From Candidatus Tayloriibacteriota bacterium (lineage in GTDB: Bacteria > Patescibacteriota > Minisyncoccia > Phycocordibacterales > PALSA-1337), in NCBI GenBank assembly GCA_052034805.1, contig JBPOID010000001.1, positions 28,184 to 92,183 on the forward strand: DNA of 64,000 nucleotides, written 5' to 3'. The notes beneath the pieces are model-generated. The model was not told the origin of the DNA and did not search any database. It was given only the letters and a program-made list of their open reading frames with translations. How positions within the stretch are numbered: the first letter of the stretch is position 1; every line of letters starts with the position of its first letter. The position numbers and the translations under genes were made by a program. Of this stretch, positions 1 to 10,466 are shown piece by piece.

Positions 1-512
1 ATAATAAAAATGAATGTATATAAACCATAATTCAAACTATATTTATAAATATCTCTTACTAGAATAGTTATAAATGGTAATTTTATATTCATACTTGTAA
101 AGAGAGGCATTATTTTGGGAAATATATACATAACCAAGAAAATAGTCATGAGAATAGTAGCTATAGCAATAAAAGATGGATAAACTAATGCACCTATTAT
201 TTTCTTTTTTAAATCTTTTGATCTCTCACCTATTTCTTTTGCTTGTTTTATGGATGAAGATAATAGACCAGATGATTCCCCATAAGAAATCATTGATATT
301 AATATTTGATCAAATTTTATACCACTTAATATAATACTTTTAGATAAAGGTATTCCCTTCATAATACTTTCTCTTATTTTATTTATGGAATTTTTATCTT
401 TTTTATTATTTTCCATATTGATAATAATAGAAAGAGTTTCTTCTATAGATATTCCAGAATCCATAAGATTGCCAATCTTTTCTATAAATTGTATTTGTCT
501 ATTTTTATTCAT
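1..512 (-). CDS. pilC: Type II secretion F / type IV pilus platform protein (PilC-like), 3' end runs off the window
   Basis: Not in ORF track; hand-translated from ATG at 512: MNKNRQIQFIEKIGNLMDSGISIEETLSII, later GESSG and ALVYP motifs of T2SSF; directly downstream of the PilB-like ATPase. Confidence 0.8.
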   Translation of the reverse strand, partial: MNKNRQIQFIEKIGNLMDSGISIEETLSIIINMENNKKDKNSINKIRESIMKGIPLSKSIILSGIKFDQILISMISYGESSGLLSSSIKQAKEIGERSKDLKKKIIGALVYPSFIAIATILMTIFLVMYIFPKIMPLFTSMNIKLPFITILVRDIYKYSLNYGLYTFIFI

Positions 513-545
513 ATTTTTTACTCATACAAAACTATTCATGTAATT

Positions 546-1676
546 TCATTCATGTAATACTCGCAAAACTTCTTCTTTTGTAGTTATTCCTTTTTCTACT
601 TTCTCCATTCCATCTTCGTACATCGATATCATGCCAGAAGCTCTTCCATAGCGAGATATCTCGGAAATAGAAATGCGTGACATTATATATTTCCTCATTT
701 CATCATCTATAATCAATGTTTCAGACAGAATAGTGCGACCTTTATAACCACTATTAGCACATACATCGCAACCGAGACCGATACAATGCACGCATACTTT
801 CCTAACAAGTCTCTGAGCTATAACAAGAGATAAGGTAGAAGCAACGAGATATGGATCAACACCCATATCTATAAGACGAGGTATACTCGCTATAGCAGAA
901 TTAGCATGTAGAGTAGATAATAATAAATGCCCAGTTAAAGAAATATTCGTAGCAATTTTCGCTGTTTCTGTATCTCTTATCTCACCAACCATTATGATAT
1001 CTGGATCCTGACGCACTATAGAGCGCAGACCATTGGCAAATGTAATACCATTCTTCTCTCTTATTTGTATTTGGCGTATTCCAGCCATGGCGTATTCTAT
1101 AGGATCTTCTAGAGTGATTATCGATGTATCACTTTTCAAAAGTAATTTGAGTAAGGTATATAGAGTAGAAGTTTTACCCGAACCCGTAGGTCCACAGACC
1201 AGAATCATTCCTTGATGTTTGGATAAACTTTCTTTTATTCTTTCTTCATCTCTATTAGAAAATCCCAATGCTCCTATAGTCGGAGTATCATTTTCTTTTA
1301 TAAGAATTCTCATCACTGCATTCTCTCCATAATGTGTAGGTATAATAGACACTCTAATATCACATTCACAAACACCTTGAGAAAATCTAAATCTACCGTC
1401 TTGAGGCATAAGATGTATATCTGTACGCAAAGAACTGAGTATCTTTATTCTGGCTATTATTTCTTCATGATTCTCTAATGGCAAACTATCTATATAAACC
1501 AAACTTCCATCTATGCGAAATCTAACTACCACAGAATCAATCGATGGATCTATATGTATATCTGAAGCATTTTTGTAATATCCATAAAGTATAAGCTGAT
1601 CTACTAATTCAATAGTTGATTCTATATCATGCAAAACTTTGCTTTCATTTAAAATTTCATAAATTTTTTCTTTCAT
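546..1676 (-). CDS. pilB: GspE/PilB-family assembly ATPase (short, lacks N-terminal MshEN/N1 domain)
   Basis: ASDIHID, PQDGR, Walker A GPTGSGKT, TLEDPIE, RQDPDIIMVGEIRD, CxxC-CxxC, GYKGR. Confidence 0.9.
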   Translation of the reverse strand: MKEKIYEILNESKVLHDIESTIELVDQLILYGYYKNASDIHIDPSIDSVVVRFRIDGSLVYIDSLPLENHEEIIARIKILSSLRTDIHLMPQDGRFRFSQGVCECDIRVSIIPTHYGENAVMRILIKENDTPTIGALGFSNRDEERIKESLSKHQGMILVCGPTGSGKTSTLYTLLKLLLKSDTSIITLEDPIEYAMAGIRQIQIREKNGITFANGLRSIVRQDPDIIMVGEIRDTETAKIATNISLTGHLLLSTLHANSAIASIPRLIDMGVDPYLVASTLSLVIAQRLVRKVCVHCIGLGCDVCANSGYKGRTILSETLIIDDEMRKYIMSRISISEISRYGRASGMISMYEDGMEKVEKGITTKEEVLRVLHE

Positions 1677-1858
1677 AAGAAAAGAATATCAATCGATAAT
1701 AAAAGAAAAATAAAAAAATAATAAAGAAACAATAAAGATTTTATAAGAAGATAAAATGAACAATTATGTCAATATTTGTATCAATAAACCCTAATAAATA
1801 GCCCATATATAGATATATTGACCAGATGGGTGTTTGTATGCTTTACTATATACTCGTT

Positions 1859-3643
1859 ATGGATATAAGAAATATAGCAATAATAGCCCATGTGGATCAT
1901 GGAAAGACCACATTAACCGACGCTATCATGACTCAATGTGGTCATGGTGATGAAGGTTCTATGGACTCAAACGCCTTGGAACAAGAGCGTGGTATTACTA
2001 TTTATGCAAAGAATACATCTATAAAATACAAAGATACTAAGATAAATATAGTAGATACTCCTGGACATGCAGATTTCGGATCAGAAGTTGAACGTGTTCT
2101 ACGTTCTATAGATACAGTTCTATTAGTGGTAGATGCACAGGAAGGTCCTATGCCTCAGACAAGATTCGTATTGAAAAAGTCATTGGAGCTTGGTTTGAAA
2201 CCGATAGTAGTTATAAATAAAATAGACAAACAAGCAGCCAATCCAGAATTAGCTCATGAACAAGTCTTGGAACTTTTCATGGAGCTTGGTGCAAATGATG
2301 CTCAATTAGATTTCCCTACAATATATGCCATAGGTAGAAATGGAGTAGCTATGAAGAAAGTTACCGATGAAAGAAAAGATATAACTCCATTACTTGATAC
2401 TATATTGGAACATGTACCAGCTGCAAATAGAAATGCTGAGGCACCTCTTACTCTACAAGTTTTCAATCTTGGTTATGATAATTTCTTGGGAAGATTGGCT
2501 ATAGGACGTATATATGATGGAAAAATAAAGAATGGACAAAATGTATTTGTAAAGAAAATAAATGGTCAAACTGTATCAGGTAAAGTTACAAAGCTTTTTA
2601 CATTTGAAGGAAAAAAGAGAGTAGAAATAGATGAAGCAAGTTCTGGAGATATTATAACTGTTGCTGGATTACCAGAAATTTTCATTGGAGAAACAATAAC
2701 AGATAATGAAACAACAGAAGCATTAGAAGCTATAAAAATAGATGAACCTACAATTTCTCTAAACTTTCTTGTTAATAATTCCCCTTTCGCTGGACGTGAA
2801 GGCAAATTCGTTACAGGTAGACAAATCCGAGAAAGACTAGAAAAGGAATTAGAAATAAACGTTGGATTAAAAGTAGATTTTAGTTCAAATGAATATTACA
2901 AAGTATTTGGCCGTGGAGAATTACATATAGCAATTCTACTAGAGAATATGCGTCGTGAAGGTTATGAACTTCAAGTTTCTCAACCTCAAGTTATTATAAA
3001 AGATATAAACGGAATAAAGAGTGAACCATTCGAAGAGCTTACAATAGATGTACCGGATGTATCCACAGGAGTTATTATAGAAAAATTAGGACAAAGAAAG
3101 GCCACAATGTTAGATATGAAAACAAAGGATGGACAAACTCGTATGGTATTCGATATCCCTACTCGTGGACTTCTAGGTTATAGAAGTGTATTCGTTATAG
3201 ATACAAAAGGTGAAGGAATACTAGGTAGTAGATTCACAGATTTCAAAGAATATGTTGGAGAAATAGAGAAACATAGTACAGGATCTATGACATCTATGAT
3301 GTCAGGAAAAGCTCTTGCTTTCGCATTATGGAATTTACAAGATCGTGGAAGAATATTCATCGAACCAACTACAGAAGTTTATGAAGGAATGGTTGTTGGA
3401 GATGTGTCTAAAGGTGAAGATATGGACGTGAATCCATGTAAAGGAAAAGCAATGTCAAATATGCGTTCTTCAGGAAATGATGAACATATTATGCTTACTC
3501 CGGCTTGGAAATTGGATATAGAAAGAGGATTAGAGACAATGCGTGAAGATGAATATCTAGAAATAACTCCTATAAATGTACGTTTACGCAAGAAATTCCT
3601 AACAGCCACAGATAGAGCTCGAGCAGGAAGAAAGGATATCTAA
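1859..3643 (+). CDS. typA: Translational GTPase TypA/BipA
   Basis: [30 protein letters not shown]-terminal EYLEITP..RLRK; start moved to MDIRN (1859). Confidence 0.97.
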   Translation: MDIRNIAIIAHVDHGKTTLTDAIMTQCGHGDEGSMDSNALEQERGITIYAKNTSIKYKDTKINIVDTPGHADFGSEVERVLRSIDTVLLVVDAQEGPMPQTRFVLKKSLELGLKPIVVINKIDKQAANPELAHEQVLELFMELGANDAQLDFPTIYAIGRNGVAMKKVTDERKDITPLLDTILEHVPAANRNAEAPLTLQVFNLGYDNFLGRLAIGRIYDGKIKNGQNVFVKKINGQTVSGKVTKLFTFEGKKRVEIDEASSGDIITVAGLPEIFIGETITDNETTEALEAIKIDEPTISLNFLVNNSPFAGREGKFVTGRQIRERLEKELEINVGLKVDFSSNEYYKVFGRGELHIAILLENMRREGYELQVSQPQVIIKDINGIKSEPFEELTIDVPDVSTGVIIEKLGQRKATMLDMKTKDGQTRMVFDIPTRGLLGYRSVFVIDTKGEGILGSRFTDFKEYVGEIEKHSTGSMTSMMSGKALAFALWNLQDRGRIFIEPTTEVYEGMVVGDVSKGEDMDVNPCKGKAMSNMRSSGNDEHIMLTPAWKLDIERGLETMREDEYLEITPINVRLRKKFLTATDRARAGRKDI

Positions 3644-3650
3644 TTTATAA

Positions 3651-4658
3651 TTAATTCCATTTTGCTTTTATATATTCTGATGCTTCACTCATAGAGAATG
3701 GCTGAGTAGAATTACCAACCCTAACAAAGAAATCTTCTTTATTATCACCATTTGTAAGATAAGCTGGTTTATGAGCTTCTTTTACTGTTACTATACATAC
3801 CTCTCTTTCAAGATTTTCTTTATTTTCATTTTCTTGTATTTCTACTTTTTCAAATTTTATATTTATATATTTAGCAAAAGATAAACCTATCATATTCTTT
3901 ATCAGAGTATTTATATAATTCTCAAATCCATCTTTATTTTTCTTCTGTTGTAATGTTTTATAATCATTATCTAAACCCATTATTTGACCTTCATCGTTTA
4001 CACCGATTATAAGAGTACCCCCAGAAGCATTCAAGAAACCTACAATAGTTTTCATTACGGCCTTTTCCATTTCTTTATTTACCTCTTTCTTTCTAATATC
4101 ATAACGCAATGTTTCTTTGAATTCTAAAAATAGCCCTTCACCTTCTTCTATTAGGGTTTTTACATCTCTAGAAATTATTTTTCCAGAAGAATTGTATATC
4201 ATTTTCTTTATTATTTTTACATATTCTTCGAAATTAGATACATTTTTTATTTTAGTTATTCTCTGATTATTATGCTCCAAAACAATAGTTGCATGATTCA
4301 TCATTCTACCCAAAGGACTTTGATATATCTCAACAGAAGCAACATCAGAAAGACTTACTGATTTTCTCTTACGGAATAGAAGTCCAGATTTTCTTATTAT
4401 TTCATTTTCTCTTATTTCATAATGAGAGAAATACCAATCCAAGAAAAGTAAATTGATATAAATTATCTGAAATAGAGCTGAGATTATAACCTCAAAGACA
4501 TCAAATCTGAGATAATTATGTAAACCCAAATACTTGAAATATAATTCATAATTACCAAGGAAAGAGACACTAAATAATAGAATAGAAGCGATTATTTCCA
4601 TGGTTAATAGATTTCTCAGAAAAACCAAAGGTCCTTCTTTTATTATTACAGCTTTCAT
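3651..4658 (-). CDS. Membrane protein: 2 TM helices + bacterial PH (bPH_2)-like domain + Schlafen/AlbA_2 domain
   Basis: Hydrophobic N-terminus; YEIRENEIIRKSGLLFRKRKSVSLSDVASVEIYQSPLGR (bPH_2 pattern); EGEGLFLEFKETL, FLNASGGTLIIGVNDEG, FFVRVGNST (AlbA_2 pattern). Confidence 0.8.
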   Translation of the reverse strand: MKAVIIKEGPLVFLRNLLTMEIIASILLFSVSFLGNYELYFKYLGLHNYLRFDVFEVIISALFQIIYINLLFLDWYFSHYEIRENEIIRKSGLLFRKRKSVSLSDVASVEIYQSPLGRMMNHATIVLEHNNQRITKIKNVSNFEEYVKIIKKMIYNSSGKIISRDVKTLIEEGEGLFLEFKETLRYDIRKKEVNKEMEKAVMKTIVGFLNASGGTLIIGVNDEGQIMGLDNDYKTLQQKKNKDGFENYINTLIKNMIGLSFAKYINIKFEKVEIQENENKENLEREVCIVTVKEAHKPAYLTNGDNKEDFFVRVGNSTQPFSMSEASEYIKAKWN

Positions 4659-4698
4659 ATAACTATATTAACACATATTTTAGGGTTTATTTTTAATA

Positions 4699-4726
4699 TT
4701 GACATATGTCTTATAAATGATATAAT
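4699..4726 (+). promoter_or_regulatory. Consensus sigma-70 promoter
   Basis: TTGACA (4699-4704), 16 bp, TATAAT (4721-4726) with extended -10 TG. Confidence 0.8.
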
Positions 4727-4742
4727 TACATTAGAAAAGCAT

Positions 4743-4856
4743 ATGAAAACGATTGAAAAAATTGTAATGTCTTATGAATTCCCAATGATCTTTGGTGGAG
4801 TTGTCTTTGCCATCGTGAGCGGTGCTTTCATGGTTTGGGCAATATTTCAAAAATGA
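4743..4856 (+). CDS. 37-aa single-pass membrane peptide (orphan)
   Basis: Below ORF-track cutoff; MKTIEKIVMSYEFPMIFGGVVFAIVSGAFMVWAIFQK; flanked by consensus promoter and terminator. Confidence 0.7.
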   Translation: MKTIEKIVMSYEFPMIFGGVVFAIVSGAFMVWAIFQK

Positions 4857-4869
4857 AAAGATCAACAAG

Positions 4870-4910
4870 AAACCCTCGCAAGTCAAAAGACTTTAGCGGG
4901 GGTTTATTTT
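4870..4910 (+). terminator. Intrinsic terminator hairpin, probably bidirectional
   Basis: AAACCCTCGC-AAGTC-AAAA-GACTT-TA-GCGGGGGTTT followed by ATTTT; lies between the convergent small ORF and truB. Confidence 0.7.
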
Positions 4911-5590
4911 ATAATTCTGGTTCTATTTATTGAATATGCTATAGCATTATTATTATGAGCTAAAACTCTCATATAAGTACCGCTGGAACACGATATTCTA
5001 AGCTTAATTATTTTAAATATTGAATTTCCATATTTCTTAGCGAAATCTTGCCAACATTTTATTATTTTTTCCTGCCTAAAATCACCTTTCACTTTCTTTA
5101 TTTTCTCTATACTTTCTTTTGCTATATCTTTACCATTTTTATTTATTTCATCTAGTTTTTCTATTTCATATATTTCTACTTTTTTACTAGGCATTTCTTC
5201 TAAAGCATCTCTATTTTCATCTTTCATGGCAATTATTTTTGAACTATATCGTGGATATTCTTGGTCAAATTTCCCTTTCCATTTTTCCATATTAAATTCT
5301 TCAATTTTATCAATTTCTACATTCTCTATAATCCCCAATACATCATAACTATCTGTCTTTATACCGAATAACATTTCTATTTCATATTCTTTATCTAAAC
5401 CTAGATATTTTTCTTTATTTTTGCATTCATCACCAATGAGAATAATCATAAGCCCATAAGCCATAGGATCGAGACGTCCGGCATAAGTCATAGGTATTGA
5501 TTTATCTATATTATTCTCTATACGAATCCTTTCCAAGCATTCCAAAGGCGTTTCTCCTATTATTTTGTTTGAAATAATGACATTTTTCAT
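4904..5590 (-). CDS. truB: tRNA pseudouridine(55) synthase, minimal form without PUA domain
   Basis: YAGRLDPMA catalytic motif, KEY, TDSYD, CSSGTYMR. Confidence 0.88.
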   Translation of the reverse strand: MKNVIISNKIIGETPLECLERIRIENNIDKSIPMTYAGRLDPMAYGLMIILIGDECKNKEKYLGLDKEYEIEMLFGIKTDSYDVLGIIENVEIDKIEEFNMEKWKGKFDQEYPRYSSKIIAMKDENRDALEEMPSKKVEIYEIEKLDEINKNGKDIAKESIEKIKKVKGDFRQEKIIKCWQDFAKKYGNSIFKIIKLRISCSSGTYMRVLAHNNNAIAYSINRTRIIK

Positions 5591-5611
5591 AACTTTGTTA
5601 CAATGTATACT

Positions 5612-6886
5612 ATGAGCAAAAACTTATCAACTGATTCATATAAAGGAGTTAGGGATTTCTATCCAGAGGATATGTCAGTACAGAATCATATATTCAGTAT
5701 ATGGAGAGATACTGTAGAAAAATATGGATATGAAGAATACAATGCATCTGTATTGGAACCTGCGGATCTATATAGAGCAAAGAGTGGTGAAGAAATAGTA
5801 AATGAACAAACATATACATTTACCGATAGAGGTGATAGAGAAGTAACTCTTCGTCCAGAAATGACTCCAACTGTAGCCAGAATGGTCGCAGGTAAACGTC
5901 GTGAATTAGTATTCCCTATTCGTTGGTATTCTATACCTAATCTCTTTAGATATGAACAGCCACAAAGAGGCAGATTGCGTGAACATTGGCAATTAAATGT
6001 AGATATATTTGGCATAACAGGAATACAAGCAGAAATTGAAATAATACAAATAGCATACGACATAACGAAAAAGTTAGGTCTAAATGATAATAATTTTGAA
6101 ATAAGAATAAATAATCGAAAGGTTATGAATTATATAACCAAAGAAGTATTCGGATTAGATGATAATAAATCACATAAGCTTTCAAAATTGATCGACAAGA
6201 AAGATAAAATGGATAAAAAAGCTTTTGAACAAGCTTCCGAAGAAATATTAGGAGAAAATACAATAAAATTCATAACATTACTTAATTCAAAAAATTTCGA
6301 AGAATTCACTACACATTTACCACAAACAAAAGAAGAACACGAAGGAATGAAAGAGATAAAAGGAGTTATAGAATCTCTAGAAAAATTAGGCATAACAAAT
6401 GCTAGATTCGATCAGACTTTGATGAGAGGTTTTGATTATTATACTGGTATAGTATTCGAAATATTCGACAAAAATCCAGAAAATAGAAGATCTGTATTCG
6501 GCGGAGGACGTTATGATGATTTACTTTCTCTATTCGGTGGAGAGAAAATACCAGCAGTAGGATTCGGTACTGGTGATGTTATATCTCGCGATTTATTGGA
6601 AACATACGGTAAATTAGATGAAATAAAGAAAGGTTCGGCAGATATAGCTATATGTGTAGTTGGTGAACAGAATACTGGATATGCACTGGACTTGGCACAA
6701 GATATGCGTAATAAAGGAAAAAGAGTAATGATTGATTTTTCATTAAAGAAATTAGGAGATAAAATATCAAATGCAGATAAAAGAAAAATAAAAAAAGTAA
6801 TTTGCATAGGTGATGAAGAAGTAAAAACAGGTAAATATAAAGTAAAGAATCTAGACAGCGGAAATGAAGAAGAATTTAATAAATAA
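5612..6886 (+). CDS. hisS: Histidine--tRNA ligase
   Basis: YKGVRDF, LRPEMT, FRYEQPQRGRLREH, RGFDYYTG, GGGRYD; start at 5612 follows an extended -10. Confidence 0.97.
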   Translation: MSKNLSTDSYKGVRDFYPEDMSVQNHIFSIWRDTVEKYGYEEYNASVLEPADLYRAKSGEEIVNEQTYTFTDRGDREVTLRPEMTPTVARMVAGKRRELVFPIRWYSIPNLFRYEQPQRGRLREHWQLNVDIFGITGIQAEIEIIQIAYDITKKLGLNDNNFEIRINNRKVMNYITKEVFGLDDNKSHKLSKLIDKKDKMDKKAFEQASEEILGENTIKFITLLNSKNFEEFTTHLPQTKEEHEGMKEIKGVIESLEKLGITNARFDQTLMRGFDYYTGIVFEIFDKNPENRRSVFGGGRYDDLLSLFGGEKIPAVGFGTGDVISRDLLETYGKLDEIKKGSADIAICVVGEQNTGYALDLAQDMRNKGKRVMIDFSLKKLGDKISNADKRKIKKVICIGDEEVKTGKYKVKNLDSGNEEEFNK

Positions 6887-6960
6887 ATTCAATAAATAAT
6901 AAGAAATAGAATTTGAAATTATACTGGTAAAAAAATTACACCGGAAAAAGAAAGAAGAAA

Positions 6961-7545
6961 ATGAGAAATATCACACTAGATATAGAAACAAAAAATATTT
7001 TTCAAGATGTAGGATCGAATGATCCAAAAGCTTTAGATATATCTGTTGTATGTATTCATGATTCATCAGATGATAGTTATAAAAGTTTTTTGGAAAAAGA
7101 TTTTGTTAATCTTTGGCCAATAATAGAAAAGGCAGATGCCATAATCACATGGAATGGTGATCATTTTGATATTCCCCTTCTGAATAAATATTATTCTGGA
7201 GATTTAAGTAAAATAAAGAGCATAGATCTCATGAAAGAAGTTAAAGATGTATTAGGAAGAAGATTGAAATTAGATACAGTAGCTGAAGCAACATTAGGAA
7301 GAAATAAAAGCGGTCATGGTCTAGAAGCCGTAGAATGGTGGAGAAATGGTGAAATAGATAAAATAATAAAATATTGTATAGAAGATGTGAAAATTACCAA
7401 GGAATTATATGATTATGCAATAGCAAATAATAAATTAAAATATAAAGATTTATCCTTGAATGGACAAATATATGATATAAAATTAAACACTTCGAAATGG
7501 CAAGAAAAGACTGATCATGCTATGACTTTTACTTTACCATTCTAA
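6961..7545 (+). CDS. RNase H-like 3'-5' exonuclease domain protein (RNase_H_2/YprB-like)
   Basis: LDIET, WNGDHFDIP, IDLM, LKLDTVA, YCIEDV (DEDD-type residues). Confidence 0.8.
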   Translation: MRNITLDIETKNIFQDVGSNDPKALDISVVCIHDSSDDSYKSFLEKDFVNLWPIIEKADAIITWNGDHFDIPLLNKYYSGDLSKIKSIDLMKEVKDVLGRRLKLDTVAEATLGRNKSGHGLEAVEWWRNGEIDKIIKYCIEDVKITKELYDYAIANNKLKYKDLSLNGQIYDIKLNTSKWQEKTDHAMTFTLPF

Positions 7546-7617
7546 ATGTGTATAATTGTGTGACTAAAAGCGAAAGTTAGTAATTTAATAGATAAAATTA
7601 GAATAAATAAAATAAAG

Positions 7618-8403
7618 ATGAAAAAAATAATATTAGCGATTATAGTTTTATTAATAATACTAATAGCAATATTTTCTATGAAAGGAAATAAAAATAATAC
7701 AATAAAAAACCCAAATCCAGTAATAGAAACAGCGACAACTACAGTAAAGGCTCCAGCACCTATATTTATAGACGGTGTTAAATTGGTAGATGGTTCATAC
7801 AATGTAAATCCATCAGATGCAAAGCTTGTTTGGACAGGAAAGAAAAAGATATTAAAGACTTGGATAGATAGTGGAAATATAGATCTAAAAGAAGCGGTAT
7901 TTGAGGTAAAAGATGGAGCAATAACATCAAATAAATTCGTTATAGATATGACAACTATATCTCCTTTGAATACAGGCATGGGAAAAGGCAAAGGTACTGA
8001 TCAATTAAGTACTCATTTGAAATCTGCTGATTTCTTTGATGCTACAACATTCCCTGAATCAACTTTTATAGTTAAAAGCTTTGCTAGTACAACAGATTCA
8101 AAGACAAAGAAACAAACAAATATGTTCCTAGTAAAGGGTGATCTTACAATAAAAGGAATAACAAATGAAATAACAGTACCAGCATCATTTAGCTATAGCG
8201 ATGCAAATACAATAGCAATAAAAGGTAATGTTGATATAGATAGAACTCTATGGAATATACGTTATGGATCAGATAGTTTCTTCGATAATCTAGGTAATAA
8301 TGTTATAGAAAATTCATTCAATCTAGCATTTGATATAAAATTAAAGATAAACAGTACAGCTACAAGTACAGGAGTTACAACAGCAACAAGTACAAAGAAA
8401 TAA
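7618..8403 (+). CDS. YceI family lipid/polyisoprenoid-binding protein with N-terminal anchor
   Basis: IDMTTI, HLKSADFFDATTFP, GDLTIKGITNEI, IDRTLWNIRYG. Confidence 0.88.
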   Translation: MKKIILAIIVLLIILIAIFSMKGNKNNTIKNPNPVIETATTTVKAPAPIFIDGVKLVDGSYNVNPSDAKLVWTGKKKILKTWIDSGNIDLKEAVFEVKDGAITSNKFVIDMTTISPLNTGMGKGKGTDQLSTHLKSADFFDATTFPESTFIVKSFASTTDSKTKKQTNMFLVKGDLTIKGITNEITVPASFSYSDANTIAIKGNVDIDRTLWNIRYGSDSFFDNLGNNVIENSFNLAFDIKLKINSTATSTGVTTATSTKK

Positions 8404-8405
8404 TA

Positions 8406-9017
8406 TTATTTCTTTAAAAGTTCCTCATGTCCTTCTGATTGCCATTCCATAATGGCTGGAACTGGCTTTACCAACATAAGAACATTCAAGGTTAGATTAT
8501 CTCTAAACCACCACAGACAACCAAGTTCAAAGACAATAATAAGCAAAATTGTTATCCAAACTTTGCTATATCTAGCAATAATAAAACCTATACCAGCCAT
8601 AATCACATCTGAAACAGAATTAAGTACACTATCTCCTATATATCCAAGTGCAATAGTTACTTCTCTATAGCGATTTATTATAAGTGGTGAATTTTCTAAA
8701 AGCTCCCAACCAGCTTCTATAATAAGAGCAATTAGAAAACGGTATTTCATAGGTAAACGTCTAGCTATAAGCCATAAGAAAGCATAGAAAAGCATACCAT
8801 GAATAATATGTGAGAAAGAATATGCATCAGCTACACGCTGAGAGTTTTCACTACTCCATACATCATTATCCCACCAACCGAATCGTCCATCAGGGCCAAG
8901 GGGTGAACGACCATTATGAAGTTCTATAGTTGCAGTTATAGCAAGAACAGCAAAACAAGCTAATAAAGTATAAACGAGAGATCGATGACGATGAAGAAAA
9001 TCTAAAAATTTTTTCAT
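8406..9017 (-). CDS. DUF2585/UPF0314 family membrane protein
   Basis: SSENSQRVADAYSFSHIIHG, WELLENSPLIINRYR, GDSVLNS, RDNLTLN. Confidence 0.85.
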   Translation of the reverse strand: MKKFLDFLHRHRSLVYTLLACFAVLAITATIELHNGRSPLGPDGRFGWWDNDVWSSENSQRVADAYSFSHIIHGMLFYAFLWLIARRLPMKYRFLIALIIEAGWELLENSPLIINRYREVTIALGYIGDSVLNSVSDVIMAGIGFIIARYSKVWITILLIIVFELGCLWWFRDNLTLNVLMLVKPVPAIMEWQSEGHEELLKK

Positions 9018-9076
9018 ATTATTTATTAAATATGTTTAATACATAATATATTAACAAATAATATATAAGAAGATAA

Positions 9077-9646
9077 TTAGTATTTTCTAATAACTCCTTT
9101 CACGACAGCGGCTATATTGAGTTCGTATTCTGGATGTATTGCTTTATATTTTTTATTAGCAGGTTCAAGATAAATATCTTTACCAGGCTTTTTCCTCAAA
9201 AATTTCATAGTCCAACCACCATCTACTTCGGCTATTACTATATCACCGTCTTTGGGTTCTTTTGTTCTCTCTACAACTACCAAATCCCCTTCTTTAATCC
9301 CCTCTTCTATCATAGAATCTCCTTTAACTTCTAGAATAAAAGTTTTAGAAATATCATTTATTAGATAATCATCAAAACTCATAGTATCTAAAAGCTCTTC
9401 TTCTGCCACTGTTGGCAATCCAGCTTCTACCAAGCCCAAGAAAGGTGTCTCGTTCTTGAGCTTTTTAGGTATAAGTCTACCATTAGAATCTTTACCTATA
9501 ATATTCTCCGCAACCAGCTTGTTCACAAGCTTATATACTGAATTTTTAGATTTGAAGCCAAGCAAGGTCATAATTTCCTGATAGCTAGGCATTCTCTTCT
9601 TTTCAGAATAAAAAGAAACAATTTTTTGTTTATAGTTATTATTCAT
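9077..9646 (-). CDS. lexA: LexA transcriptional repressor (wHTH + S24 peptidase)
   Basis: MPSYQEI..LGFKS wHTH; A-G cleavage site VEAG; catalytic GDSM Ser and TMK Lys. Confidence 0.88.
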   Translation of the reverse strand: MNNNYKQKIVSFYSEKKRMPSYQEIMTLLGFKSKNSVYKLVNKLVAENIIGKDSNGRLIPKKLKNETPFLGLVEAGLPTVAEEELLDTMSFDDYLINDISKTFILEVKGDSMIEEGIKEGDLVVVERTKEPKDGDIVIAEVDGGWTMKFLRKKPGKDIYLEPANKKYKAIHPEYELNIAAVVKGVIRKY

Positions 9647-9653
9647 TTAATTT

Positions 9654-9938
9654 TTAAAATAAGAAAGCAGATACATATCGACCAAGCATTCCGAAAAAAC
9701 CTAATGTATTTTTATTTGAAGTCTTTACAGAATTTTTCACAATAGATTCTGTAACTGGTTTTAGAATCCTTGAATATGTTTCTTTTCTTGATTTTAGAGA
9801 ATTCAATTGAGATATGAGGAATTTATGTCTACGAGAAAGATCCTTGTATGAAATACCCTTTATTATTCTCATATCAATAAGTGCATTGATATTCTTTATT
9901 TCTCTATGAATTTCTTTTTTTAAGGTGTATTTACTCAT
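9654..9938 (-). CDS. Basic hypothetical protein (94 aa) co-transcribed with lexA
   Basis: Start moved to MSKYTLKK (9938) because the longer ORF overlaps the promoter; ends 7 bp before lexA. Confidence 0.7.
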   Translation of the reverse strand: MSKYTLKKEIHREIKNINALIDMRIIKGISYKDLSRRHKFLISQLNSLKSRKETYSRILKPVTESIVKNSVKTSNKNTLGFFGMLGRYVSAFLF

Positions 9939-9977
9939 ATTTTTATTTGAATTAATTAATAATTTATTTATAAATAT

Positions 9978-10006
9978 ATTATAGGTGAACGTACGTTCAC
10001 CGTCAA
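9978..10006 (-). promoter_or_regulatory. Sigma-70 promoter with LexA operator in the spacer
   Basis: Minus strand TTGACG, 17 bp, TATAAT; perfect palindrome GGTGAACGTACGTTCACC at 9984-10001 (GAAC-N4-GTTC core). Confidence 0.85.
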
Positions 10007-10148
10007 TAAAAATATGTGGATAAGTAACTAAAAATAGAATTATCATGAAATATATGATATAAAATACATAGAAAATGATTCTTGAATAAAATTAGGAATC
10101 ATGAATAGAACAAGGTGACGGGAGTAACCTTAAACAAAGGGAGAACGT

Positions 10149-10451
10149 ATGGTAAATGGCAATTATGTCAAACAAGGAGAATACTATACTGTTGATGGTC
10201 ATAGATGGAAAGCTGAAGAACCCATTCGCGATAGGAATGGGAAAATTGTAAGCTGGAAACTTACTCGTATGATTACTTCGGTTTTTAAGTTCAATGACAA
10301 AAGAAAAGCCGATATAATCCGTACTGAAAGACAAATACTCGAATTAGATGCCGATAGTCATGTGACAAATATAGCAAAGGAACTTCAAGATTCTGGAGCG
10401 GGACATCATATGGCCAAAGGCGTCATGAACAGAAGATGTGGTAGGAGGTAA
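10149..10451 (+). CDS. Orphan hypothetical protein (100 aa), GC-richer, SD-led
   Basis: AAGGGAGA upstream of ATG; own terminator downstream. Confidence 0.7.
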   Translation: MVNGNYVKQGEYYTVDGHRWKAEEPIRDRNGKIVSWKLTRMITSVFKFNDKRKADIIRTERQILELDADSHVTNIAKELQDSGAGHHMAKGVMNRRCGRR

Positions 10452-10466
10452 ATAACAATCAATTTG

